A stretch of 64,000 nt of DNA from Nanobdellota archaeon (GCA_038046345.1 JBBSWJ010000005.1:36083-100082); one strand, 5' to 3'. Shown: positions 32,734 through 43,421, counted from the first letter of the stretch. Numbers and translations: made by a program. The notes: a model not told the origin generated them from the sequence alone.

Positions 32734-33579
32734 GTGATTATGCCATTTAGTAAAAAGAGGGCGGCTATGCTTAGCATGTTTACAGCGCTTGCTATTTCTA
32801 CATCTCCAGCTGTATTTACAGAAAAGCTTTCAACGAGCAGTGGCCAAGTACACATAAGCCAAGAGACTGTAACCCCCGGCACAAATCGCGTCCCAAAAAT
32901 TAGGGCTTATACTCATAAAAGAGTAGTCCAACCTTTACTTTCAAGAAGTATTGATAGCATACTAACTGATCCAGAATCTTATGGAATAATGCCAGCACTC
33001 ATTTATGGAGAAGAAAAACTAATTTATATTCCAGCTTCAGAGTATTTATCATTCAAAGCTAGGCCACATGAGATGAAAAGATGGAGTGATTATCTGAATT
33101 TTTTAACTCCAGAAAACATGACAATAGCAGCACTTGGACAATTATTTACTTTCAGCAGAGACCAAAAAAATGGAACAAAGATTGAAAATACAAAAGCTGA
33201 GCAAGCAGCAGAGGTAGTAAGATTTGTCCAAAACAATGTGTTATATGATGCGATTATTGAAACAGAACAAGACTATATAAGATTCCCAGTTGAAACCTTA
33301 TTTGAAAGAAACGGAGATTGTGAAGACCTAGCCATTCTTGCAGCATCAATAATGCAGTCTATCGGTATCAAAATTGCTATCATAGTATTGCCACCAATAA
33401 ATACCAAGGAAGAAAAGCCTCATGCCGCTCTGGGAGTAACAGGCAATTTTGAAGGAAAATACTACGACGTTGGTAATGAAAGATATTATTATACTGAACT
33501 CAATGGTAAAACAAGAAAGATTGGTAGTTCACAATCAAGGTATAGATATCGAGACGTTATTTTGTATATCCCAGAATAA
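32734..33579 (+). CDS. Secreted transglutaminase-like cysteine protease-family protein
   Basis: Signal peptide; PVETL..GDCEDLAIL, HAALGV, YYYTE. Confidence 0.82.
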   Translation: MIMPFSKKRAAMLSMFTALAISTSPAVFTEKLSTSSGQVHISQETVTPGTNRVPKIRAYTHKRVVQPLLSRSIDSILTDPESYGIMPALIYGEEKLIYIPASEYLSFKARPHEMKRWSDYLNFLTPENMTIAALGQLFTFSRDQKNGTKIENTKAEQAAEVVRFVQNNVLYDAIIETEQDYIRFPVETLFERNGDCEDLAILAASIMQSIGIKIAIIVLPPINTKEEKPHAALGVTGNFEGKYYDVGNERYYYTELNGKTRKIGSSQSRYRYRDVILYIPE

Positions 33580-33580
33580 T

Positions 33581-33889
33581 TTACTTCTGTAGGCGTATAA
33601 ATATTTGTACCCACTCAGGTATTGGCAGTCTCATTATCAGCCTTAAGGCCCGTTCATCATCATCTAAATCTATAAGCCTCTTATGTATCCTCATTTCAAA
33701 ATTATCAAAACTAGCTTTTCCATCACCGCATGGGCTTCTTCGTGTAGTAATCTTCAGTTTCTGTGTAGGTAAAGGTATTGGTCCATATACTTTTACTTTA
33801 GTTTTTTTAGCAATACCAACAATAGCAGAACTTATTTCATTCATTGCATCTATATTCGGGCTAGATAGATTTATTCTTGCTTTTTGCAT
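33581..33889 (-). CDS. rpsJ: 30S ribosomal protein S10 (uS10)
   Basis: GPIPLPT, RRSPCGDG, MRIHKRLIDL. Confidence 0.96.
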   Translation of the reverse strand: MQKARINLSSPNIDAMNEISSAIVGIAKKTKVKVYGPIPLPTQKLKITTRRSPCGDGKASFDNFEMRIHKRLIDLDDDERALRLIMRLPIPEWVQIFIRLQK

Positions 33890-33990
33890 ACTGATATCAT
33901 TTTTATTAGGTTTATAAATATTACCATGATAAAAATTCCATTAAAATAGTCCATAATAATATTTATTAAGATTATAAGCACGCTATAGTT

Positions 33991-35397
33991 ATGGCAATAA
34001 AGATGGGGTTAACATTTGATGATGTTTTACTTGTTCCAAAATTCTCAAATATAACTTCCAGAAAAGATGTAGACACAAGTAGTTATTTAACAAAAAATAT
34101 TAAACTTCATGTCCCTATAGTTAGCGCTAATATGGATGTTGTTACCGAATCTCGTATGGCTATATCCATGGCCCGGATTGGTGGTATTGGCTTTCTTCAT
34201 CGTTTTATGTCTATAGAAGAAGAGACAGACCGTGTCTTTCGTGTTAAACGCGCAGAAACTATAACCGTTGAGAAGCCATTCACTTTAACTCCTGACAAAA
34301 CCTTAAAAGACGCAAAAAAGCTTATGCAGGAACATGGTGTTACTGGAATTCTTATCACGAACAACCAAAACAAGCTTATGGGTATTCTCACATCGCGTGA
34401 TATCCGATTTGAAACAGATGATTCCAGGATTATAAAAAGTATTATGACAACAGACTTAATTACCGCCCCGGCCAAGACTTCTTTAGACTCTGCCAAAAAT
34501 ATTTTAAACAAGAACAAGATAGAAAAACTTCCTTTAGTTGATTCTTCCAATCATTTAACCGGATTAATCACATCAAGAGATATTCTTAAAAGAAAAGAAT
34601 TTCCAAATGCCTCTAAAGACAAAAAAGGCAGGCTGATGGTTGGTGCAGCAATTGGAGTTAAGCCGGGCGAACTAGAGCGTGCTAAGTCATTGGTTAATGC
34701 TGATGTTGATTTATTGGTTATTGACATAGCTCATGGGCATTCTTTATCAGTAATCAAAATGTTAAGAACTTTAAGAAAGAAATTTGATATAGATATTGTT
34801 GCAGGCAATGTAGCAACAATGGACGGTGTTAGAGATCTAACTAAAGCCGGTGCTGACGGTATCAAAGTAGGCATTGGCGGGGGATCAATCTGCACTACAA
34901 GGATTGTTACCGGCTCAGGTGTACCACAGCTAAGTGCAATTATGGCCTGTTCTAAAGCTGCAGCTGGTAAAGTACCAATCAATGCAGATGGTGGTATTAG
35001 AAATAGCGGTGATATCACTAAAGCTTTAGCTAGTGGAGCTAGCACAGTTATGCTTGGTTCATTATTAGCTGGGACTGATGAAAGCCCTGGAATTCATATT
35101 ACTAAAGATGGTAAAAAATATAAAATGACTCGGGGTATGGCTTCTATAAGCGCGCGTACTTCCGTTTCAAAGGATACAAATGATATCCAAGAATACGTTG
35201 CTGAAGGTATTGATGGGCTTGTTCATTATCGTGGTAGTGTTAATGACATCATTCAACAATTAGTTGGTGGATTACGCTCAGGTATGAGTTATTGCGGTGC
35301 ATCATCCATAATCAACTTACAAAAAAATGCTGAATTTGTTAGAATAAGTCATGCTGGATTAACTGAATCAAAATCACATGACATAGAAAAGATGTAA
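33991..35397 (+). CDS. guaB: IMPDH/GMP reductase family protein with CBS pair
   Basis: LTFDDVLLVP, CBS domains, IDIAHGH, GSICTTR catalytic Cys, ADGGI; flap lacks the RY dyad. Confidence 0.9.
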   Translation: MAIKMGLTFDDVLLVPKFSNITSRKDVDTSSYLTKNIKLHVPIVSANMDVVTESRMAISMARIGGIGFLHRFMSIEEETDRVFRVKRAETITVEKPFTLTPDKTLKDAKKLMQEHGVTGILITNNQNKLMGILTSRDIRFETDDSRIIKSIMTTDLITAPAKTSLDSAKNILNKNKIEKLPLVDSSNHLTGLITSRDILKRKEFPNASKDKKGRLMVGAAIGVKPGELERAKSLVNADVDLLVIDIAHGHSLSVIKMLRTLRKKFDIDIVAGNVATMDGVRDLTKAGADGIKVGIGGGSICTTRIVTGSGVPQLSAIMACSKAAAGKVPINADGGIRNSGDITKALASGASTVMLGSLLAGTDESPGIHITKDGKKYKMTRGMASISARTSVSKDTNDIQEYVAEGIDGLVHYRGSVNDIIQQLVGGLRSGMSYCGASSIINLQKNAEFVRISHAGLTESKSHDIEKM

Positions 35398-35398
35398 C

Positions 35399-36679
35399 TT
35401 ATTTCTTAACTATTTCTAAGCACACACCTGCAGCTACAGTTGCTCCAGCGTCCCTAATAGCAAAACTTGCCATTTGTGGAATAACAGATTGTTTTTCTAT
35501 TATTAATGGCTTTGTTGGTTTTATTTTTACTTCAGCAACGTCATCATTTTTTATAAAATCAGGATTTCGTTGAGCTATTTGACCTGTGGTTGGATCAAGT
35601 TTTCCAACTAATTCAGTAAACTGACATGCTACTTGAGCTGTGTGTATATGGAATACTGGTGTATATCCAACGGTTATAACAGTTGGATGATTGATAACAG
35701 CTATTCTAGCAGTAAACTCACTCACTACTGTTGGCGGATTTGTTTCATGGCCTAGTACATCTCCCCTTGCAATATCTTTTTTGCCTATGCCTCTTACATT
35801 AATCCCTATATTATCGCCAGGTTCTGCCATTGGCACTTGTTCATGGTGCATTTCAATACTTTTTACTTCCCCTCTGACTCCGGTTCCTTCCCTTGCTGGT
35901 AAGATCATTATTTTATCTCCAACCTTCATAACTCCAGTTTCTATTCTAACAACTGGCACAACTCCTATACCGGTTATGTTATAAACATCTTGTATTGGCA
36001 TTCTTAATGGTAACTCGGTTGGTTTTTCGGGTGGTTTGAATAGATCTAATTGCTCCATTAATGTTGGTCCTGTATACCATTTCATATTCTCAGATTTCTT
36101 TACTATATTATCCCCTTTTAGAGAGGCTAAAGGTATGAATGGCACTTCTTCTACTTTAAATCTTGCACTTTTTAATAATACACTAACTTCATCTTTTACT
36201 TTATTGAATTTTGCTTGATCATATTGGATAACATCCATTTTATTAACAGCTACTGCTAGTTGTTTTATACCAAAAGTTTTACATAGCCACGCGTGTTCTT
36301 TTGTTTGTTCTTTTATTCCTTCTGTTGCTGCTACTACTAATATCCCTACATCTGCTTGTGAAGCTCCTGTTATCATATTTTTCACAAAGTCTTTATGTCC
36401 AGGCGCATCAATTATAGTATATTCATATTTTTTTGTAACTAATTTTTGATGAGATAAATCTATTGTGACTCCCCTCTCTCTTTCTTCTTTTAGAGTGTCC
36501 ATAACAAATGCAAATTCAAACCCAACCTTTCCTAACTCTGCTGCTTTCTCTTTCAATTTTCTCATAGCTTGTTCATCAACATTACCGCTGTCATACAACA
36601 GTCTACCTACGCTAGTGGACTTTCCATGGTCTACATGCCCAACAAATATTATGTTGATGTGTGGTTTTTCCCTTGCCAT
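35399..36679 (-). CDS. tuf: Elongation factor 1-alpha (aEF-1A)
   Basis: [31 protein letters not shown]. Confidence 0.98.
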   Translation of the reverse strand: MAREKPHINIIFVGHVDHGKSTSVGRLLYDSGNVDEQAMRKLKEKAAELGKVGFEFAFVMDTLKEERERGVTIDLSHQKLVTKKYEYTIIDAPGHKDFVKNMITGASQADVGILVVAATEGIKEQTKEHAWLCKTFGIKQLAVAVNKMDVIQYDQAKFNKVKDEVSVLLKSARFKVEEVPFIPLASLKGDNIVKKSENMKWYTGPTLMEQLDLFKPPEKPTELPLRMPIQDVYNITGIGVVPVVRIETGVMKVGDKIMILPAREGTGVRGEVKSIEMHHEQVPMAEPGDNIGINVRGIGKKDIARGDVLGHETNPPTVVSEFTARIAVINHPTVITVGYTPVFHIHTAQVACQFTELVGKLDPTTGQIAQRNPDFIKNDDVAEVKIKPTKPLIIEKQSVIPQMASFAIRDAGATVAAGVCLEIVKK

Positions 36680-37089
36680 TAGTTTACTCCTTTAATTTTA
36701 TTGTTTTTATTGCATTTCAGATTAAACCTACTTTATAAAGATTTCTATTTGCCAGTTTTTGCCAGATCACCTACAGCTATTAGTCGGTCGTTCTAAACAA
36801 GTTTATGCTGAAGAAAAGAACATTATAAATAAAGCTAAACAGGTATTATAGACTCCTTGGAATTTCTCAAATTCTTTTACTTTAATCTTTTTATTTTTTT
36901 TATTTATCATACTGGAAAGATACAAGCTTTCTTATATTTCTCTTCTTCCTTTCAAAAGTAGGTAAGAGCATCACAAAGGTTAAATGAGTATTCCAGATAT
37001 TGGCTCCACCACGCAGCCCAAACCAAATAGATACTCTTAAAAGGCAGTTCTGTGCTCTTATGTAAGAATGCATATATGGAGGAACCTAA

Positions 37090-37260
37090 ATGAGCTTTGA
37101 TAATAGAAACCGGGACGGTTTTCGTAACGATGGCCCTAAAGAAATGCACAAAACGAATTGTACAGATTGTGGAGCTGACTGTGAAGTACCTTTTAAGCCT
37201 ACAGTAGGAAAAGCTGTTCGTTGTGCAGAATGCTTTAGAAAAAGTAAAGACAGAAGATAA
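37090..37260 (+). CDS. CxxC-x17-CxxC zinc-finger protein (56 aa, absent from the ORF track)
   Basis: Hand translation MSFDNRNRDGFRNDGPKEMHKTNCTDCGADCEVPFKPTVGKAVRCAECFRKSKDRR; GGAGG RBS. Confidence 0.9.
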   Translation: MSFDNRNRDGFRNDGPKEMHKTNCTDCGADCEVPFKPTVGKAVRCAECFRKSKDRR

Positions 37261-37272
37261 TCTTGAATTTTT

Positions 37273-37307
37273 ATCCAAGTCTAGGCTTGGATTTTACTGT
37301 TTTTTTT
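37273..37307 (+). terminator. Hairpin plus T-tract terminator
   Basis: atccaag/cttggat stem followed by a T-rich run, 12 nt after the stop codon. Confidence 0.6.
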
Positions 37308-37395
37308 AAAAAACTTAGATACTTGATACATTTAGGATAAGCTATTCGTAAATTTTTTTTAGTTGTATTTAGCTTATTGGTTTAAGTCACCTAAT

Positions 37396-39750
37396 TTAAT
37401 CCCGTCTTTTAACATAGAAGTAACCTACTATAATTAAAACAATAACAATTATTGTTACAATCCACATAATCCTTCCAAATCCTTTCTCACTAATCTTTTC
37501 TTCAATATCTCCGCTAACAGTAGGAATTTCTTCACTTGGTGCTGATTCTTCTTCGGCTACAACCTCAAGATCTTTTAGTTTTAAAACAGTAATTGTTGCA
37601 ACCCCGTTAGTAATGCTTTCTAAAGTTACCTGTGCATTAGGTGTTCCGTCTCCGTCCATATCAACATCCTTTGTTTCTCCAACACTTAATGTTACTTCAG
37701 CTTTGTAACTTTCAATAGTAAAAGTTAAAGTATTCTCATTTACTTTAACAAAAGTGATAGTATGCGCATCAGTGCCACTTAAACTAAATACCTTAATACT
37801 GCCTTGCGATCCAACAAAAGTGGTCTTATCACTTGTACTCAGGTCTGCGTCTAATACTAGTTCCTCACCAGATCTGCTAATACCGCTCCCGCCGCCCGAG
37901 CTTGATGCATCTCCGCCGCCAGTGCTAGTGAAAACAATAAACGTTATTATACCAGTGCTAGTTGTAGTGTGCACAACTTGATCTTTTGTTGTGCATTCAA
38001 CATTATAAGTACCTGCTTCATTAGTATCAGTATTCTTAAATTCTTGATCACTGCAAGTTTCGCTGGTTTTAGTAATAGTGCTACCACCTGGTTTAGTTAT
38101 CTTAATACTACAAGTGTTCATACCACTTACACTATCAGTTCCAGAGCAGCCATATTTTATGCTGCTGAATGGATTGATATTCTTGTCTGCTGGTTCTGTA
38201 AGCGCAACAGTAGGCACCCCTCCGTCAAGAACAAAACTGCCTCTGTAATATTTTGGCCATTGAGCTACTGCAGTTGAATTTATCTTAATAATAAAATTAG
38301 TATAATTTCCATCGCTGCTATCATTTGCTACACCTTTGCCAATAGTACCGTTATATAGCGTGATATTAGTTGCTCCATAAGCACCTGTAGTTATGTTTGT
38401 TAGGTTTAAGTAACCATTCGCAGCAACCCCATTATTTTCCTCTGTTCCAAAATCTGCAGTAGTATTAAATGTAAAATAACCATAAGCATTTTTATTTCTT
38501 GTATTTGCTGCAACAGCAATTACCCCGCCACTGCCTTCGATTGTAAAGGTTAGCAATGAATTTGCCTGTAAGTACCCTACACCACTCCTTCCAGACCCTA
38601 GTTGGTTTTTATCAAAATCCAATACATTTCCTGCTTCATCAGTTATGTTTAAAGCAGTTATATTAGGCTGACCGTCAAGCCCTATAAACATAAATGGATT
38701 ATCTGTTAAGAAATTATTATCTGATGTGTCATTAATTGTAATGCTATTACCAACTGTATCATACGCTCTTATCACGAATGTTGTTGCATTCCCTTTAGTA
38801 TCCCCCTTATCATTTCCATCAGATCCAGTTCCAACACAGTCTAAATCAATAACCCCTTCGTATGTTCTATTACCAGATTGTGTATCGCTTGTTGTCATTG
38901 AAACATTTCCATACTGCCCTGTAGAAGCAGTTTCTGTAGTTGATGCAGTAGCATTGCTGCTGTTGCATACATAATAAAGGTCTACTGTATCAAAATGGGT
39001 ATCTTGAAGATCAACTTTTACTGTTGTATTTTCTATTGGCATATAAGCCCCATCATTATAAGATCCGGTTTGGAACAAAAGTGATGCCTGGCCAGTCCCA
39101 TTTGCGCGGCTAAAATTCCCTCCAACTAAACCATCAGAGATATTTATAGACATTATTTGTGGGTAGTAAGTGTCTATATAAGTGTACATAAGTGTTGAGT
39201 TTGTTGCTGATGTGCTATCAGCCATATAAATAGTTACATTCCAGTCCTGTCTGCGGCTATGTCCAATACCATCCACTTTATCTGCTGTAAGGTTTACACT
39301 GAATATATAATGACCTGGTAATGTTCCATTATCTGTATTATTCCACCAAATATTACTTAACGTCCCGTCCGTGCTGTTACCAAAGTTCCAGCTTCCTGAA
39401 CCATTTGTTGCATTTGCATGTCCATCAACACCAACAGAACCGATACCATTTGATCTATTAAAATCAAGTCCTGAAGGTTGAAAAGTAAAATTACTAGGAA
39501 TTGTTATATTAACCACTGAAAAATTTGCAGAATCTGCGCTATTAAAAATAATAGAAAAATTAAATCTTACATTTGTGTTGTTCCTTTGAACTATCCCCGA
39601 AAATGCCGTTGTTGTTGCTACTGTGTCGCTTATACTTAAATTTGATCCTGTATTTGCAGTGGTATCAAGATCTGCAATAGTAACACTAAAATGGAATAAT
39701 CCAAACAGTAACAGTACAATCATCAATTTAATTTTTGTATTCAATAACAT
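37396..39750 (-). CDS. Large Asn/Thr/Gly-rich surface glycoprotein (S-layer/adhesin-like) with C-terminal TM
   Basis: Signal peptide, many NxS/T sequons, Ig-like segments, Gly/Ser linker, TM plus KRRD tail. Confidence 0.8.
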   Translation of the reverse strand: MLLNTKIKLMIVLLLFGLFHFSVTIADLDTTANTGSNLSISDTVATTTAFSGIVQRNNTNVRFNFSIIFNSADSANFSVVNITIPSNFTFQPSGLDFNRSNGIGSVGVDGHANATNGSGSWNFGNSTDGTLSNIWWNNTDNGTLPGHYIFSVNLTADKVDGIGHSRRQDWNVTIYMADSTSATNSTLMYTYIDTYYPQIMSINISDGLVGGNFSRANGTGQASLLFQTGSYNDGAYMPIENTTVKVDLQDTHFDTVDLYYVCNSSNATASTTETASTGQYGNVSMTTSDTQSGNRTYEGVIDLDCVGTGSDGNDKGDTKGNATTFVIRAYDTVGNSITINDTSDNNFLTDNPFMFIGLDGQPNITALNITDEAGNVLDFDKNQLGSGRSGVGYLQANSLLTFTIEGSGGVIAVAANTRNKNAYGYFTFNTTADFGTEENNGVAANGYLNLTNITTGAYGATNITLYNGTIGKGVANDSSDGNYTNFIIKINSTAVAQWPKYYRGSFVLDGGVPTVALTEPADKNINPFSSIKYGCSGTDSVSGMNTCSIKITKPGGSTITKTSETCSDQEFKNTDTNEAGTYNVECTTKDQVVHTTTSTGIITFIVFTSTGGGDASSSGGGSGISRSGEELVLDADLSTSDKTTFVGSQGSIKVFSLSGTDAHTITFVKVNENTLTFTIESYKAEVTLSVGETKDVDMDGDGTPNAQVTLESITNGVATITVLKLKDLEVVAEEESAPSEEIPTVSGDIEEKISEKGFGRIMWIVTIIVIVLIIVGYFYVKRRD

Positions 39751-39816
39751 GCACCTCTATTTTTTTAATAAAATTATAATAAACCACTAACTTATAAACC
39801 TTTCTTAAAAAATTTA

Positions 39817-42603
39817 TTATAATTCTTTTATACCCTTTCTATCTTTTATTTGTTTTCTTATTTTATCTTGCAATGATTCAGGCAGCTTCTCATACATTTG
39901 GTCTACCACAAAATAGCTACCCCGGCCACCAGTAGCGGATCTTAAGTCGCTGCTTAATCCAAACATTTCACCAACAGGTAGCTTGCATTTAACGGTCATT
40001 TGTACTCCCTCTTGTTGCACTTCTAACAATTGCCCTCTTTTATTTTGTATTAATTTAGATACATCTCCTAAATAATCACTAGGCGCTCCAATATGTAATT
40101 CCTGTACTGGCTCATAAATATATGGTTTTCCTGTTAGTATAGCCTCTCTTATCCCCTCTCTTACAGCGGGGTATACCTGGGCTGGCCCACGATGTATTGC
40201 ATCTTCATGTAATTTCATATCAGTAACTCTTACTTTCATCTTCATTGTTGGTTCTTTTGCAAGTATTCCAGCATCGCAAACCTGTTCAAAACCATCTATT
40301 ACTAATTCTATTACTTCACCTATCTGAACTATACCACGAGTGTCATCAACTAATAAGTTTCCCTTGTATATATCCCTATATTTCTTCGCGTCTTTTAAGA
40401 TAACTCCTTTCTCTTCTAATTTTTTAAATGTATCAACATCCTTTTTTTTAAGCCTGCCATCAGGTATTTCTCCGTCCCTCATTAATTGATAAATCTCATC
40501 TTCTAAAGGTTCAACAATAAAAAAGAATTTATTATGTTTATTTGGGGATTTTCCTTCTTTTTCTTCAGATACCTTGGTTACCGCTTCTCTGTACACAACA
40601 ATAGGCGGGCTTGTCCTTACTTGCAAACCTTTTTCTGTTTTTATCCTATTCTCAATAACTTCTAAATGTAGTTCGCCCATTCCAGAAATTAAGTTTTCTC
40701 CTGTCTCCTCATTAATTTCGATTGTTATTGTTGGATCCTCTTTGTTTACTTGCTTTAGTACTTCAACAAGTTTTGGCAAGTCAGCAGGAGATGTTGCTTC
40801 AATACTTTTTGTAACAACCGGGTCAAATATATGTTTTATTGCTTCAAACGGTTCCATTTCTTCAGATGCAATTGTCTCTCCAGCAAACACATTTTTTAAC
40901 CCCACTAAACCTACAATATTACCAGCAACTGCTTTTTCAACGGTTACTCTTTGAGCTCCTTTGTATATCGATACCTGTTGTATTCTAATCTTTCTTTTTG
41001 CATTGATCATATATGCATCATCGCCCTGTCTTACAGTTCCAGAGAATAATCTACCAGCCGTTACTTCTCCTGCATGTTTATCAATAACAATTTTTGTTGC
41101 TACAAAAGCAGTCGGACCATTAGGATTACAGTTTACTAATGACTTTCCAATTTCAGAATCTAAATCTCCATGCCATATTTTTGGCACTCTGTATTTCTGA
41201 GCGTCTACAGGGTTTTTATGGTGTGCTATTACCATCTCGAGGACAACTTCATGCAATGGCGCTTTTTTTGCTATACCCTTCCATTCATCATTTTCATATG
41301 CTTTTATAACATCTTTAAAGCTCAGCCCATTTCTTAGCATATAAGGAGCAGATAACGCCCAATTATGAAATGCAGATCCAAATGCTACACTCCCATCTTT
41401 AACATGAACTAACCATTTTTCTTTAAATTCTTCTGGGGCTACACTCTGTATGAACTTGTTTATCTCAGTTATTATTTTCACAAATCTTTCTTGCATTGCT
41501 TCAGGTGTTAGTTTTACTTCTTTTATTAAACGATCAACTTTGTTTATGAATAATACTGGCTTGACTCTTTCTCTTAACGCTTGACGCAACACGGTTTCTG
41601 TTTGAGGCATTATACCTTCTACTGCATCACATAATACTATTGCCCCGTCTACAGCTCTCATCGCTCTTGTTACATCTCCTCCAAAGTCTACATGCCCGGG
41701 CGTGTCAATTAGATTTATTAGAAAATCTTTTCCATTAATTACGTGAACCATAGATACATTTGCTGAATCAATTGTGATCCCGCGTTCTTGTTCATCTGCG
41801 TGGAAATCCAAAGCTAATTGTTTTCCAGCTAACTCTTGTGACATCATCCCGGCTCCTGCCAATAAATTATCTGAGAATGTTGTATTATGGATCACCATTC
41901 CCTCAGCAACAAAATTATGATTGTCTGCAACTGTAAAATCGTATACCATATCTTTCTGTGTTATCTCTTTTGAATTAACCTCACAGTACATAATATCTTC
42001 ACTTAATATTTTATTCTCTTGGATTAATATTTGTCCATTATTCTCTATTTTTTCTTTATAACCACTTAATGAGATTGATATTGCATCTTTTTGGTGCGGC
42101 CAACTTTTCATGCAAACTACAAGATCCTTCAATTCTAATTCTCTTGCTTCTTTATAACAAAAGTCACGTGCGAGCCTATCCAAAACTAAATAACGATGTT
42201 CTGGTGTTGTTTCAATTGAGCTGCCATTTTTTAATTTTATTTTTATTAGTTCACCGCCAGTTAATTTCCAAGCAAGGCTGATTAGTTTCTTTTCTATTTT
42301 CCCTGAATCTTTATTTAATGATAATACCTTAACACATTGGCTTGTAACATCATAAACAACATGACCATTCTTTTTTTCAAATAGTTTTCCATTTTTTATG
42401 ATCTTATCAAATAGCTTCTCTGCCTGTATAACTGAGCTATCACCTAAAATAATTCTAGACTCACCAGAAATACATTTCCCATGATATCGTTCTATGAAGG
42501 GTTAACTCGATAGAAAATCGATATGGGCGCATATAGCTATATTTCTGATTTGTTCCGGTTCATTCATTAATTTAACAACTTTTTCTGCTATCTTATCCGC
42601 CAT
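39817..42603 (-). CDS. fusA: Elongation factor 2 (aEF-2), interrupted by a BHB intron (42484-42516) and a mini-intein (41884-42474); mature protein about 720 aa
   Basis: Exon 1 MADKIAEKVV..RNIAICAHID, then HGK, intein, TTFSDNLL..DEQERGITI..DTPGHVDFGG..NKVD..HEDAIHRGPAQ. Confidence 0.95.
41884..42474 (-). mobile_element. 197-aa mini-intein in the EF-2 P-loop (GK|T)
   Basis: Begins CISGES, block B TTPEH, ends VYDFTVADNHNFVAEGMVIHN followed by Thr; no endonuclease domain. Confidence 0.95.
42484..42516 (-). other. 33-nt BHB intron inside the fusA coding sequence
   Basis: Outer helix CCCAU/AUGGG, central helix AUCG/CGAU, bulges AU|U and AU|C, intron stem UUCUAU/AUAGAA; contains in-frame TAA. Confidence 0.92.
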
Positions 42604-42627
42604 AGCTTAACTATTCATAATGATGAC

Positions 42628-42635
42628 TTTTTAAG
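42628..42635 (-). promoter_or_regulatory. BRE/TATA promoter of fusA (near-leaderless)
   Basis: gaaaaa-CTTAAAAA on the minus strand, 24 nt before ATG 42603. Confidence 0.55.
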
Positions 42636-43015
42636 TTTTTCTGAATAACAAAATATTGCGTTGTCTTGGCTTACAGAATACTTTAGCTACTATTAGGCAT
42701 CCAACCTAATATTGCTTGAAGGCCAAAAAGATTATTGTTCATATTTAGTACAGATTTGTACATTTAATGAACTATGTAAATGTTTTGTAGAAACAATTAC
42801 TGCAGGCGTTAATGGCAAAACCAAATAACCATAAGAAGATATATTCGTTTCAAAGAGGAAAATTTTATATCTCCATAATAGGGGAGTTTCTTGCTTCAGG
42901 AAAAACTGCCACTTGCTAGTCTCTAAAATTACATTAGTTTTAAGTAAAGCAGTGGGGTAATTAGACAATACTATTTTAATTTCTAATGTCAAGAATTTAC
43001 AAAAAATCATCAGTT

Positions 43016-43312
43016 CTAAATCTTTATTCCATGTTTTAAATTTTTTTGAAAGTCTTCCACTTGATTAAGATCAACATCTACAAATATTCCTTCATACTTA
43101 CATCTCACACATCTCTTCACAGGTCTAGCAAACTGATGCCCCCATAGGATTTCAGAATTCTTTGATGAATCACCGCAATTAGGGCATAATGATATGTATA
43201 ACCATCGCATTACATCTTTGCTTCTTGTTTTACGAAAAAAAATATACCAACCTATTAAAGCAAGTATAACAGCTATAATCGCTATCATTACAACCACTTT
43301 AAGTAATTCCAT
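43016..43312 (-). CDS. Membrane-anchored Zn-ribbon protein
   Basis: N-terminal TM; CPNC and CVRC. Confidence 0.75.
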   Translation of the reverse strand: MELLKVVVMIAIIAVILALIGWYIFFRKTRSKDVMRWLYISLCPNCGDSSKNSEILWGHQFARPVKRCVRCKYEGIFVDVDLNQVEDFQKNLKHGIKI

Positions 43313-43421
43313 CGTGGCTTATTTTGTTTAACTACCTTATAAAATTAGCCAATGAATAAAGTCATTACTGGATAATAGTCAATATCAAAAGTATTAAAAA
43401 CCATGAAAACTAGAACAAACC

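Noticed and set aside
39817-42183. ORF-track start (MDRLARD) as the EF-2 N-terminus
   Set aside because: It lies inside the intein and lacks the G1 motif. The real start is ATG 42603, upstream of the intron.
42484-42516. The insert as a sequencing error, stop readthrough or pseudogenisation
   Set aside because: A random error would not give a perfect BHB whose cut sites exactly restore AHIDHGK. Readthrough would leave 11 extra residues in the P-loop, and the rest of fusA is intact.
42732-43010. 92-aa ORF upstream of fusA as an intron/intein-associated factor
   Set aside because: No motif or clear start signal; probably spurious or a degraded fragment.
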